From assembly GCA_050738715.1 (NCBI GenBank), contig JBOHZW010000127.1, positions 1-27,219 on the forward strand: a stretch of 27,219 nt of DNA. The letters are read 5' to 3'. The notes beneath the pieces are model-generated. The model had not been told where the DNA came from and made no database searches. It saw only the letters and a list, made by a program, of their open reading frames with translations. The DNA comes from Steroidobacteraceae bacterium (lineage in GTDB: Bacteria; Pseudomonadota; Gammaproteobacteria; Steroidobacterales; Steroidobacteraceae). Of the stretch, positions 1-9,200 are shown one piece after another. Position 1 is the stretch's first letter. Every line of letters begins with the position of its first letter. The translations under genes and the position numbers were made by a program.

Positions 1-1
1 T

Positions 2-295
2 GCCAAGGGAACGCGCGGCCGCTTCGGCCGCAAGCTCGCGCCGAAGGCAACGGCAGCCGCGGGCGCGGCGCAGGATGCCGCTGGCGCAGCCACTGCGCCC
101 GCCAAGCCCAAGACCCCAGCCTTGGTCCAAGGCAAGGCCAAGGCGAAGGCAAAATCTGCGCGCAAGGTTGCGAGCAAGACCAAGGGCAAGGGCAAGGCCG
201 GAGCACGCAAACCGCTGCCGGAAACCGATGAAGCGTCCGCGGAAGAAGTGCCGCCAAAGATGGTGGCGTCCGATAGCGGAACCCACAAGCGCTGA
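2..295 (+). CDS. 3' end of a gene with a Lys/Ala-rich basic C-terminal tail (partial; possibly DNA topoisomerase I tail)
   Basis: Frame 2 is open from the window edge to TGA at 293-295: AKGTRGRFGRKLAPKATAAAG...KAKAKAKSARKVASKTKGKGKAGARK...GTHKR*. Such histone-like tails occur on TopA and other nucleic-acid-binding proteins, but identity cannot be fixed from the tail alone. Confidence 0.6.
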   Translation, partial: AKGTRGRFGRKLAPKATAAAGAAQDAAGAATAPAKPKTPALVQGKAKAKAKSARKVASKTKGKGKAGARKPLPETDEASAEEVPPKMVASDSGTHKR

Positions 296-326
296 CGACG
301 TTTAGGTTCGGGCACTCCGGCCGCGC

Positions 327-1178
327 ATGAAATACCGCCATAGTTTCCACGCCGGCAATTTCGCCGACGTGCACAAGCACGTCGCGTTGCTGGCGCTGAT
401 CGCCGCCCTGCAGCGGAAAAACAAGGGTTTCCTGTATCTCGAGACGCATGCGGGGCGCGGCCTCTATGACCTCGACAGCGCCGACACGCACCAGGGCGCC
501 GAAGCGCGGCTCGGCATCGGTGCGCTGCGCAGCGCCGGATGCGAGGCCGCGCCGATCAGGTCTTACCTCGATGCGCTCGATCGCGCGTGCGCCGATGCCA
601 ACAACTCCGGCGTCTACGCAGGCTCACCGGTCCTGGCGGCCTTGTCATTGCGCGCGCAGGATCGCGGCATCTGCTGCGAAATCCAGGCTGCGGAATGTCG
701 CGCGCTCGAACGCGCGTTGAATATCTACGCGCGCATGCGCTGCGAATGCGTCGACGGCTACCAAGGGCTCGCGGCACACCTGCCGCCGGTCGAACGCCGC
801 GCACTGGTGCTGATCGATCCGCCGTATGAGGAACAGGCGAACGACCTGCAACGCGCGGGCGATGCCATCTCCACGGCACTCGCGCGGCTTGCAAACGCCG
901 TCGTCGCGCTGTGGTATCCAATCAAGGACGACCGCGATCTCACGCCCTGGCTCGAGCGCATGTCCGCGCAGTTGCCGGTACCGGCGCTGGTCACGGAACT
1001 GTGGGTTCATCCGCGGGATGCGCGCGTGGGCCTCAATGGCTCGGGCCTGCTGATCGCGAATCCCCCGTACCAGCTTGACGTGGAGCTGGCGCAGTGGCTT
1101 CCTGAGCTTGGCGCGGCGCTCGGCACCACGCGCCAGGGCGGCACTTCGGTCAGGTGGATTGCGCATGAACAGCATTGA
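327..1178 (+). CDS. rlmJ: 23S rRNA (adenine2030-N6)-methyltransferase RlmJ
   Basis: Family N-terminus MKYRHSFHAGNFADVHKH, plus YLETHAGRGLYDL, catalytic LIDPPYE, WYPIK and GSGLLIANPPY. Confidence 0.96.
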   Translation: MKYRHSFHAGNFADVHKHVALLALIAALQRKNKGFLYLETHAGRGLYDLDSADTHQGAEARLGIGALRSAGCEAAPIRSYLDALDRACADANNSGVYAGSPVLAALSLRAQDRGICCEIQAAECRALERALNIYARMRCECVDGYQGLAAHLPPVERRALVLIDPPYEEQANDLQRAGDAISTALARLANAVVALWYPIKDDRDLTPWLERMSAQLPVPALVTELWVHPRDARVGLNGSGLLIANPPYQLDVELAQWLPELGAALGTTRQGGTSVRWIAHEQH

Positions 1179-2094
1179 TCGCTACGCCGTGATCGGGTCG
1201 GGGATCGCGCACAGCCGCTCGCCGCAGATCCACGCGATGTTCGCGCAAGCGACGCGCCAGCCGATGGAATACGGACTGCTGGACACGCCTCCCGTGGCAT
1301 TCAAGGCCACGGCCGACGCGTTTTTCAAGGCGGGCGGCCGTGGGCTCAACGTCACCGTGCCACACAAGCAGGCAGCGCTGCAGTTGTGCGATTCGCTGAC
1401 GCCGCGCGCACGGCGCGCCGGTGCGGTCAACACGCTCGCGCGCGGCGATGACGGCAAGCTGCTCGGCGACAACACGGACGGCGCTGGGCTGGTGCGCGAC
1501 CTGAGCTTCAACCTGCGCTGCACGCTCGCTGGCGCGCGCGTGTTGCTGCTCGGCGCCGGGGGTGCGGCGCGCGGGATCATTGCACCGCTGGTCGAGGCCG
1601 GCGTCGCCGCGCTGGAAATCCACAACCGTCATCCGGCGCGCGCTCGCGCGCTCGCGCAGGAATTTGCAGAGCTTGCGCCGGTCAGTGCGGGCGAATCGGC
1701 GGTGCGCGCACCACCAGCGATGCCCGGCGTGTATGGCAGCACGCTGCGCGCGCCGAGCGCCGATACTGCCGCTGCCCACCGAGCGCGGCGCAACGATGGT
1801 GGCTACGACCTGATCATCAATGCGACCTCGGCCAGCCTCGAAAATCAGCTGCCGGAAATTCCACCGCACGCGGCTGGCATCCAGACGCTTGCCTACGACC
1901 TCGCCTATCGGGATCGCGACACGGTATTCGTGCACTGGGCGCGCCGTGCCGGCGCGGCGCGCGCGGTCATGGGCCTCGGCATGCTCGTCGAGCAAGCCGC
2001 CGAATCGTTCTTGCTTTGGCGCGGCGTGCGGCCGGACACGGCGCACGTGCTTGAGGTGTTGGCGAATAGCGGGCACGGTCAGTCGCCGGCTTGA
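1165..2094 (+). CDS. aroE: shikimate dehydrogenase
   Basis: Motifs IAHSRSPQIH, GLNVTVPHK, AGAVNTL, GDNTDGAG, LGAGGAARG, INATSA and GLGMLVEQAAESF. Start set at ATG 1165 (MNSIDRY), overlapping the rlmJ 3' end, rather than at 1075. Confidence 0.95.
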   Translation: MNSIDRYAVIGSGIAHSRSPQIHAMFAQATRQPMEYGLLDTPPVAFKATADAFFKAGGRGLNVTVPHKQAALQLCDSLTPRARRAGAVNTLARGDDGKLLGDNTDGAGLVRDLSFNLRCTLAGARVLLLGAGGAARGIIAPLVEAGVAALEIHNRHPARARALAQEFAELAPVSAGESAVRAPPAMPGVYGSTLRAPSADTAAAHRARRNDGGYDLIINATSASLENQLPEIPPHAAGIQTLAYDLAYRDRDTVFVHWARRAGAARAVMGLGMLVEQAAESFLLWRGVRPDTAHVLEVLANSGHGQSPA

Positions 2095-2163
2095 ATTTGC
2101 CAGCTCGGCCCGTGGGCACGTGGCCATTCATTGGCCTTCGCGCGTCGAAACTCAGATTTTTTG

Positions 2164-2191
2164 CGTTACATGTACAGCTGTACATGTAACG
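2164..2191. repeat. perfect 28-bp palindrome CGTTACATGTACAGCTGTACATGTAACG
   Basis: The sequence equals its own reverse complement with no spacer. It lies between the convergent stops of aroE and the phosphatase gene. Confidence 0.9.
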
Positions 2192-2248
2192 GGAGAAATT
2201 CTGGCACCGTAGCGCGGAGCCAGCTCTAGGCCCCGACTCGGGTGGACA

Positions 2249-3106
2249 TCAGGGAAGAGGTAGGTTTAGCGCACCGCGCAGCTGCGCCCGCGCCGTGCGC
2301 AGGTCCGCCTGGAATCGCGCGTTTTGCAGCATCAAGCCTGCAGCGGCGGTGCCAACGCGGCGTCCCGCATCGACATCCGTCGCGTAGTGCGCGCCGACGA
2401 TGAGTCGCGACTGACCGAACAAACGCGCGCGCGCGAACAACGCGGCAGCCTGCTCCGGCGCCATCTGCGCGAGCACGATGGCGCAGGCCGTCGCAAAGGC
2501 CGTGTGTCCGCTGGGATAAGAGGTGTGACCGCGCTGGTAGCCGCCGCTGATCGCGTACGGACTGTCGGGCGCCACATCGCCCAGGCGCTCGACTTGCGCG
2601 CTGGCAATGTACGGGCGCGGCCGCTCCCAGAAGCGCTTCGGTGCATTGGTGGCGCCTGATACCTGCTTTGCCGCGCGCGTCGCGAACGCGATTGCCGCGG
2701 CGCCATCGCCACTCGACAAGGCGGCGGCATGCGTGACGGCGCCTGGCGCCGAAGGCGCAGCGAGCAGCACATCGGCCACGCGCTGGCAGTCGATGACCGT
2801 GTCGGCAACTGCGCGTGCGGTCGTGCCGGCTGCATGGGCGGTGCGCTGCGCATCCAGCACTGCCTGCAGGTCGGCGCGGTCGGCCTCGCTTCCAGTCACG
2901 GGCGGCGGTTCGATGAGCGCCGTCGAATCAAGCTGGCCAGGCGAGAAATAGACGGGCGCCGCCTGCGCGGCGGCCGAGGGCGTGGCGACACCGGGCGTGG
3001 CGACACCGGGCGCGGCGACAGGCGGGGGCTTCGGCGCTTCGCTCGCACAACCTGCGACCAGCGCCAACAACGCGTACACCATCCGCCGATTCCACAGTGC
3101 TCTCAT
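2249..3106 (-). CDS. PAP2-superfamily (class A-like) acid phosphatase, predicted lipoprotein
   Basis: All three PAP2 motifs: KRFWERPRP (KX6RP), SYPSGH, SRLIVGAHYATD. ATG 3106 gives the signal peptide MRALWNRRMVYALLALVAGC with a lipobox. Confidence 0.9.
   Translation of the reverse strand: MRALWNRRMVYALLALVAGCASEAPKPPPVAAPGVATPGVATPSAAAQAAPVYFSPGQLDSTALIEPPPVTGSEADRADLQAVLDAQRTAHAAGTTARAVADTVIDCQRVADVLLAAPSAPGAVTHAAALSSGDGAAAIAFATRAAKQVSGATNAPKRFWERPRPYIASAQVERLGDVAPDSPYAISGGYQRGHTSYPSGHTAFATACAIVLAQMAPEQAAALFARARLFGQSRLIVGAHYATDVDAGRRVGTAAAGLMLQNARFQADLRTARAQLRGALNLPLP
2979..3020. repeat. in-frame 15-bp tandem repeat (PGVAT/PGVAT) in the phosphatase linker
   Basis: GGCGTGGCGACACCG twice, followed by the partial copy GGCGCGGCGACA. 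Confidence 0.8.
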
Positions 3107-3152
3107 GCCCGGCCATGATATATGGGCGCGTTGACCGCAGGATGACACCACG

Positions 3153-3740
3153 ATGACCGTGCTTTCCGCCGCGATACTGCTGTTCCTGGTGATGGATCCA
3201 CTGGGCAACATCCTGTTGTTCGTCACCGCCCTCAAGTCCGTCCCGGTGCACCGGCGCCGGCGCGTCGTGGCGCGCGAACTGCTGATCGCCTATGGCGTGC
3301 TGGTCGTGTTCCTGTTCACCGGCGAGCATCTTTTGCACTGGCTCAACATCAGCGGGCCCGCACTGACCATCGCCGGCGGCCTGGTGCTGTTCCTGATTGC
3401 GCTGCGCATGGTGTTCCCGTCCGCCGATCATCCGCTGGCGGAAACGATCAAGGGCGAGCCTTTCCTCGTGCCGTTAGCCATCCCATACGTGGCCGGTCCC
3501 TCGACGCTTGCGACGCTGTTGTTATTCATGAGCCGCGAGCCACAACGGTGGCCGGAGTGGCTGCTGGCACTGACCTGCGCCTGGCTCGTGAGCGCCGTGA
3601 TCCTGGTGCTCGGCGGTCATATCGGCGACTTTCTCGGCAAGCGCGGATTGCTGGCGCTCGAGCGGCTCATGGGCCTGTTGCTGGTGGCCGTGGCGGTGCA
3701 GATGTCGATCGAGGGGCTGAGGGTCGCGCTGCGGTCCTAG
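3153..3740 (+). CDS. MarC family (YhgN-like) integral membrane protein
   Basis: LLFLVMDPLGN, IAGGLVLFLIALRMVFP, PLAIPYVAGP and ALERLMGLLL motifs. About six hydrophobic segments. AGGA upstream. Confidence 0.92.
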   Translation: MTVLSAAILLFLVMDPLGNILLFVTALKSVPVHRRRRVVARELLIAYGVLVVFLFTGEHLLHWLNISGPALTIAGGLVLFLIALRMVFPSADHPLAETIKGEPFLVPLAIPYVAGPSTLATLLLFMSREPQRWPEWLLALTCAWLVSAVILVLGGHIGDFLGKRGLLALERLMGLLLVAVAVQMSIEGLRVALRS

Positions 3741-3758
3741 CGGCGGGCGCGGTCGGGG

Positions 3759-4553
3759 CTAAGGCCCGCCGTGCACCATCCCCATCCGATCCGTCTTGCT
3801 GTGCGATTGGGCGCGCCGGCCGTAGCTGTCCTGCGCCCGAACCAGGTACTTCCTCGCGGCCTCCAACGGCGCCGTGGAGCGATAGTTGTCGGGCGCCACA
3901 CCCGCGATGACAAGTTGCTGGCGCGAGAAGTCCGCAGTGGTTTCCTGCCGTGGCAGATCGCCAACCAGTACATTCTTGTATCCAGCCAAATGCCGGGCGA
4001 AGGCGCCGCTGCCAAACCATTCGGGACAGGACTTGTCGTAGCGCTCGTCGATGCGCTTGTTGACCGAAGCCGTATCACTTTCGGACCACTCCGGTCCTGC
4101 CTCGGTTTGCACCGGCTTGCCGGTGAATGTGATGCCGGCGCGCGCGGCCTGGCGCGCAATCTCGTAATGCGATTTCAGGTCATCGAACGCCTTGTCCTGG
4201 GACGTTTCCGCCTGCAGGGCCGGCATGACCTGCGGTGCGGCCGCCTGCATTCCCTGCATCATTTTCTGCGCGTCCTGCGGATGCTGCATCAGGTAATTCA
4301 TCATGGCCTGCTGCTTGACCATCGGGTCCACGTTGCGCGCACGCTGCGTCAGTTCGTCATTAACCTGTCTCTGCCGATCAATGTCGCCATTGAGACGCGT
4401 GATGACCTTGTCGGCCGCACCGGCGAATCCGTCCTGATCCTGGTAACAGCCCGTCGGCAGTGGCGGCACCAGTGTCCAGGGATCCGGCGGCGAGGCCGCA
4501 CCCGAAGAGAACGCCACCGCCAGCGTCGTCAACAGAAACACATGGCGCTTCAT
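3759..4553 (-). CDS. hypothetical secreted protein
   Basis: Signal peptide MKRHVFLLTTLAVAFSSGAA, AAGGAG RBS upstream, Met/Gln-rich helical middle, two Cys. Confidence 0.75.
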   Translation of the reverse strand: MKRHVFLLTTLAVAFSSGAASPPDPWTLVPPLPTGCYQDQDGFAGAADKVITRLNGDIDRQRQVNDELTQRARNVDPMVKQQAMMNYLMQHPQDAQKMMQGMQAAAPQVMPALQAETSQDKAFDDLKSHYEIARQAARAGITFTGKPVQTEAGPEWSESDTASVNKRIDERYDKSCPEWFGSGAFARHLAGYKNVLVGDLPRQETTADFSRQQLVIAGVAPDNYRSTAPLEAARKYLVRAQDSYGRRAQSHSKTDRMGMVHGGP

Positions 4554-4590
4554 GGCGCTCTCCTTGATTTTCAGGATCGGATATTGGACT

Positions 4591-5016
4591 TCAGGTCGGG
4601 TTAGCGCAGCTGCCCAGCTTTTTGCCGCTGAGCTTGATCGTCATGGCGCCTTGGTCACCGGAGTATTTGATCGTGCCGGAGTATGAATCGCTGCCGTCGA
4701 ACGTCATCTCGCCAACGCCATTCATCGCCGGCGGGCCTTGGCAGACCGTCTGCCAGGTCGCCTTGTTGCCGGTACGCTGGAAATTTGTGTTGGTGCAATG
4801 CATGCGGTCATCGGGATTGGACGGCGGACTCTTCAATTCCTTCGTCGCGCACACCTTGAGTGTTTGCGCGGGCATTTCCATCGGCATGCCCTCCATCGAC
4901 ATTTTTGACGTGACCTGCCACAGATCGCCCTGGGCAGCGTCATCGCCGCGGATCGGCGAAATCACCAGCACCAGCGGCACGGCGATCAGAAATTGAGCCA
5001 GAAACTGCTTGGCCAT
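4591..5016 (-). CDS. DUF3617-like secreted protein
   Basis: Signal peptide, then GDLWQVTSKMSM...KVCAT...C...C and the C-terminal SGKKLGSC pattern typical of DUF3617. GGGGGAG RBS before ATG 5016. Confidence 0.8.
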   Translation of the reverse strand: MAKQFLAQFLIAVPLVLVISPIRGDDAAQGDLWQVTSKMSMEGMPMEMPAQTLKVCATKELKSPPSNPDDRMHCTNTNFQRTGNKATWQTVCQGPPAMNGVGEMTFDGSDSYSGTIKYSGDQGAMTIKLSGKKLGSCANPT

Positions 5017-5284
5017 GTTAGTTCTCCCCCTAAACCAACCATTGACTCGTCGACGCCAAAATACTACTCCCCTGCGAAACCCGTGCACACCAGTGCCCGC
5101 ATCAAAGAACAACGGGAGAAGAACGACAACCGGGATTGTTCGAGATGCCCTTGATGGAGCTGACCCTCAAGTCTAGGCTGAATACGCCGCTCGCCGGAAT
5201 TGAGCGATCGACGATGGTTCGTGCATGGACATTTAGGAAGAGCATGCGCAATCCTATTCAGTCCTTCCAAGAGTCAATGACCAG

Positions 5285-5323
5285 TTGTAAACGGTCTATT
5301 GATTCGTATATGTTACAGATATG
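5285..5323 (+). promoter_or_regulatory. putative sigma70 promoter giving a leaderless LysR transcript
   Basis: TTGTAA (5285-5290), 18 bp, TATGTT (5309-5314), 6 nt, ATG 5321; no Shine-Dalgarno. Overlapped by an imperfect inverted repeat GAGTCAATGACC...GGTCTATTGATTC (5271-5305). Confidence 0.5.
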
Positions 5324-6214
5324 TGGCTTGCTTCAGAGCTGGCGGCCTTCGCCCAGGTGGTCGAACTGGGCTCGTTCACTGCCTCCGCGCGCGCGCTGGG
5401 CGTACCGAAAGTCGCCATCAGCCGCGCGGTCCAGAGCCTCGAAAAACGCGTCGGCGCAAAGCTCCTGACGCGCACCACGCGGCGCGTCTCGATCACCGAC
5501 GCTGGCCGCGCCCTGCTCCCCCACGCCCAGCGTATTGCCACCGAGACGGCCGCCGCGCGCCGCGAAATGGCACCCCTGACGGAGACGCGCCGCACGCTGC
5601 GCGTGCTTGCCGATCCCGCCTATGGGCGGCTGCTGCTGGCGCCATTGCTGCCGCGTTTCATGGAGCGCTATCCGGACATCCCGCTCGAAGTGGAAATGGC
5701 CCAGGCGCTGCCGGCGGCGCCTGGGGAGCATTGGGACTTGCTGTTCCAGAACGGCCCACCGCAACGCGAGGGTCTGGTCGGCACGGCTCTTGGGCGCCCT
5801 CCGGTGATCCTGTGCGCGACGCCGGCCTACCTCAAGGCGCATCCCCCCGTGACGCAGCCGACCGACCTCGCCAGGCATGCCGTGCTCGTGCCGGGGCATC
5901 TGGTCACGGAACTGCGGCTCCACAAGGGCAAGACGTTGGCCCAGGTCGCACTGACGCCGCGGCTCATCGTCACCGACCCCGCCGTCGTGCACGCCGCGAC
6001 CGCGGCCGGCGCCGGCATCGGCGTTCTGCCCGAGTTCCTGTGCCGCATCGGCCTGTCGATGAACAAGCTCGAACGTGTGCTGCCCGATTGGCACGTCGCG
6101 GACCTGCTGGAGCTGCACGCGGTCTCGGACCTGCGGCGCGCCAGCTCTCCCAACGTGCGGGCGTTGATCGAGTTCTTCGTTGCCAACATGGTGCCGGTGC
6201 TGGGACACGCGTGA
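5321..6214 (+). CDS. LysR family transcriptional regulator (CrgA-like)
   Basis: N-terminal HTH FAQVVELGSFTASARALGVPKVAISRAVQSLEKRVGAKLLTRTTRRVSITDAG; FMERYPDI, CATPAYL, GAGIGVLP, LERVLPDW; 297 aa. Confidence 0.95.
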   Translation: MWLASELAAFAQVVELGSFTASARALGVPKVAISRAVQSLEKRVGAKLLTRTTRRVSITDAGRALLPHAQRIATETAAARREMAPLTETRRTLRVLADPAYGRLLLAPLLPRFMERYPDIPLEVEMAQALPAAPGEHWDLLFQNGPPQREGLVGTALGRPPVILCATPAYLKAHPPVTQPTDLARHAVLVPGHLVTELRLHKGKTLAQVALTPRLIVTDPAVVHAATAAGAGIGVLPEFLCRIGLSMNKLERVLPDWHVADLLELHAVSDLRRASSPNVRALIEFFVANMVPVLGHA

Positions 6215-9200
6215 TGAGGGCGCCGATCGACAACGGCGGGCCCGTCGCGGCCCCGTTCCAGCAGTTTTTCGCCGATATCCACGCACAGGTTGCGCTGCGC
6301 GCGCGCATCACGGCGGCCTGCCGCGCTCCGGAGCCGGAGTGCGTCGCGGCGCTGCTGCCCGGCGCCACGCTCCCGGAACCGCAAGCGAATGCGGCCCGAT
6401 TGCTCGCGCGCGAGCTGGTTGTGGCGCTGCGCCGAAAGAAACAGGACGGCGGTGGTGGCGTCGCCGGGCTCATCCACGAGTATTCGCTGTCGAGCCAGGA
6501 AGGCGTGGCGCTGATGTGCCTCGCCGAAGCGCTGCTGCGCATACCGGATTCGGCGACTCGCGATGCGCTGATCCGCGACAAGATTTCGACCGCCGACTGG
6601 CAGGCGCACCTGGGCAACAGTCCGTCGTTGTTCGTCAACGCCGCGACGTGGGGACTGCTGATCACCGGCAAGCTGACGACCACGTCTTCCGAGGGCGGGC
6701 TGACGGCCGCGATCACGCGGCTGATCGGCAAGGGCGGCGAACCGCTGATCCGCAAGGGCGTGGACCTGGGGCTCCGCATGATGGGCGAGCAATTCGTGAC
6801 CGGGCAGACGATTGCCGAAGCACTGGAAAACAGCCGCGCGATGGAAGCGAAGGGATTTCGCTACAGCTACGACTGCCTTGGCGAAGCCGCGACGACCGCA
6901 GCGGATGCCGAGCGCTATTTCCGCGACTACGAAGCGGCGATCCACGCCATCGGCACGGCCTCGAACGGGCGCGGCATCTACGAGGGCCCGGGCATTTCGG
7001 TGAAGCTCTCGGCGCTCCACCCGCGCTATTCGCGCGCGCAGTACGCGCGCGTGATGGATGAACTGCTGCCGCGACTGTCGAGCCTCGTCTTGCTGGCGCG
7101 GCAGTACGACATCGCGCTCAACATCGACGCCGAAGAGAGCGATCGGCTCGAAATCTCGCTCGATTTGCTCGAGGCGTTGTGCGCCGACCCGCATTTGGCG
7201 GGCTGGAATGGCATCGGCTTCGTGTTGCAGGCCTACCAGAAGCGCTGTCCGCACGTGATCGCGTGGATCATCGAACTCGCGCGCCGCACGCAGCACCGGC
7301 TGATGGTCCGTCTCGTCAAGGGCGCCTATTGGGACAGCGAGATCAAGCGCGCGCAGGTCGACGGCCTCGCGGATTTCCCGGTGTACACGCGCAAGATTCA
7401 CACCGATGTGTCATACCTGTCATGCGCGCGCCTGTTGTTGGCCGCGCCCGACGCGGTTTTCCCGCAGTTCGCCACGCACAACGCGCACACGCTCTCGACC
7501 GTGATGCAAATGGGCGGCGGCAATTTCTATGCCGGGCAATATGAGTTCCAGTGCCTGCACGGCATGGGCGAGCCGCTGTACGAGGAAGTGGTCGGCGAAG
7601 AGAAGCTCCGCCGCCCGTGTCGCATCTATGCGCCGGTCGGCACGCACGAAACGCTGCTCGCCTACCTGGTGCGGCGCCTGCTCGAGAACGGCGCCAACAC
7701 TTCGTTCGTCAATCGCATTGCCGATGAGGACGTGTCGATCGACGAATTGGTCGAGGACCCGGTCGACATTGCGCGCGCGATCAATCCACTGGGCGCGCCG
7801 CACCCGAAGATTGCGTTGCCTGGCGATATTTTCGGCGCCGAGCGGCGCAATTCCACGGGGCTCGACCTGAGCAGCGAGCAAACGCTCGCGGCTCTTGCCG
7901 TTGGCATTCGCGCCGAGCTCGGCGATACGCAGGTCGCGGTGCCGCAGGTCGCGGTGCCGCAAGTCGCGGTGCCGTTGGTCGCGGGACACGCACCGCGAGC
8001 GAACGGGGCCGCTGGCGTACGCGAGCTGCGCAATCCCGCCGATCGCCGCGATCTGGTCGGCCAGGTCACATATGCCACGGCGGAGGACATCGACGCGGCT
8101 TGCGCCGCTGCGCAGATCGTAGCGCGCGAGTGGGCGGCAACGCAGCCGGCGGCTCGGGCGCAGATGCTCGCGCGCGCCGCAGACCTGATGGAGGCGCGCA
8201 CGCCGGCATTGATGGCGCTGATCGTGCGCGAGGCGGGTAAATCGCTGCCGAACGCGGTATCCGAGATCCGCGAAGCCGTGGATTTCCTGCGCTACTACGG
8301 TGTGCAAGTTTGCATTCCAGCCGGCGAAGGCGCGAACGGCGCCGCGAGCGGCGTCCCGCTCGGCCCGATCGCCTGCATATCGCCCTGGAATTTCCCGCTC
8401 GCGATCTTCACCGGCCAGGTGGCCGCCGCGCTGGCAGCCGGCAATCCAGTGTTGGCCAAGCCTGCCGAAGAAACGCCGTTGATCGCCGCGGCGGCCGTGC
8501 GGCTGCTGCGCGAGGCGGGGATTCCGGAAGCGGTCGTGCAGCTGCTCCCCGGCGCCGGCGAGGTCGGCGCGGCGCTGGTTGCGGATGCGCGCGTCTGCGG
8601 CGTGATGTTCACGGGGTCCACCGCTGTCGCGCGACTGATCCAGCGTCAGCTCGCCGATCGATTGAGCGCCGCGGGCACTCCGGTTCCGCTGATCGCCGAG
8701 ACCGGCGGACAAAATGCGCTGATCGTCGATTCATCGGCGCTGCCCGAACAGGTCGTTTACGACGTGCTCGCGTCTGCGTTCGACAGCGCGGGCCAGCGCT
8801 GCTCGGCGCTGCGGATACTGTGCCTGCAGGAGGACATTGCCGATCACGTCCTGACGATGCTGAAGGGCGCGTTGCGCGAACTGCAAGTCGGCAATCCGGA
8901 CCGCCTGACCACCGATGTGGGTCCGGTCATCACCGACGAGGCGCGTGCAACAATCACCGCGCACATCGACACGATGCGCAAGCGCGGTCACGCGGTCGAA
9001 CAATTGCCGCTGCCCGCGGCAGCCGCGCTCGGCACCTTCGTGCCGCCGACAATGATCGAGATCAACCGCATCGGCGACGTCGAGCGCGAAGTGTTCGGCC
9101 CGGTGCTGCACGTGCTGCGCTACGAACGGGCGGATTTACCGGCGCTCATCGATGCGATCAACGCGACGGGTTATGCACTGACGTTTGGATTGCACACGCG

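Noticed and set aside
75..305. 76-aa ORF in the track
   Set aside because: Alternative frame of the Lys/Ala-rich gene tail that ends at 295.
2164..2193. LexA SOS box or matS/parS site in the 28-bp palindrome
   Set aside because: It does not match CTGT-N8-ACAG, GTGACRNYGTCAC or the parS consensus, and it is not upstream of a gene.
5020..5160. Riboswitch or sigma54 promoter upstream of the DUF3617-like gene
   Set aside because: No recognisable riboswitch consensus, and the GGCAC...TGC spacing does not fit TGGCAC-N5-TTGC.
5299..6213. 305-codon N-terminal extension of the putA ORF (1558-aa ORF in the track), suggesting a fusion or overlapping gene
   Set aside because: It overlaps a clear LysR gene in another frame and translates to Arg/Gly/Pro-rich shadow sequence. 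PutA similarity starts only after ATG 6214.
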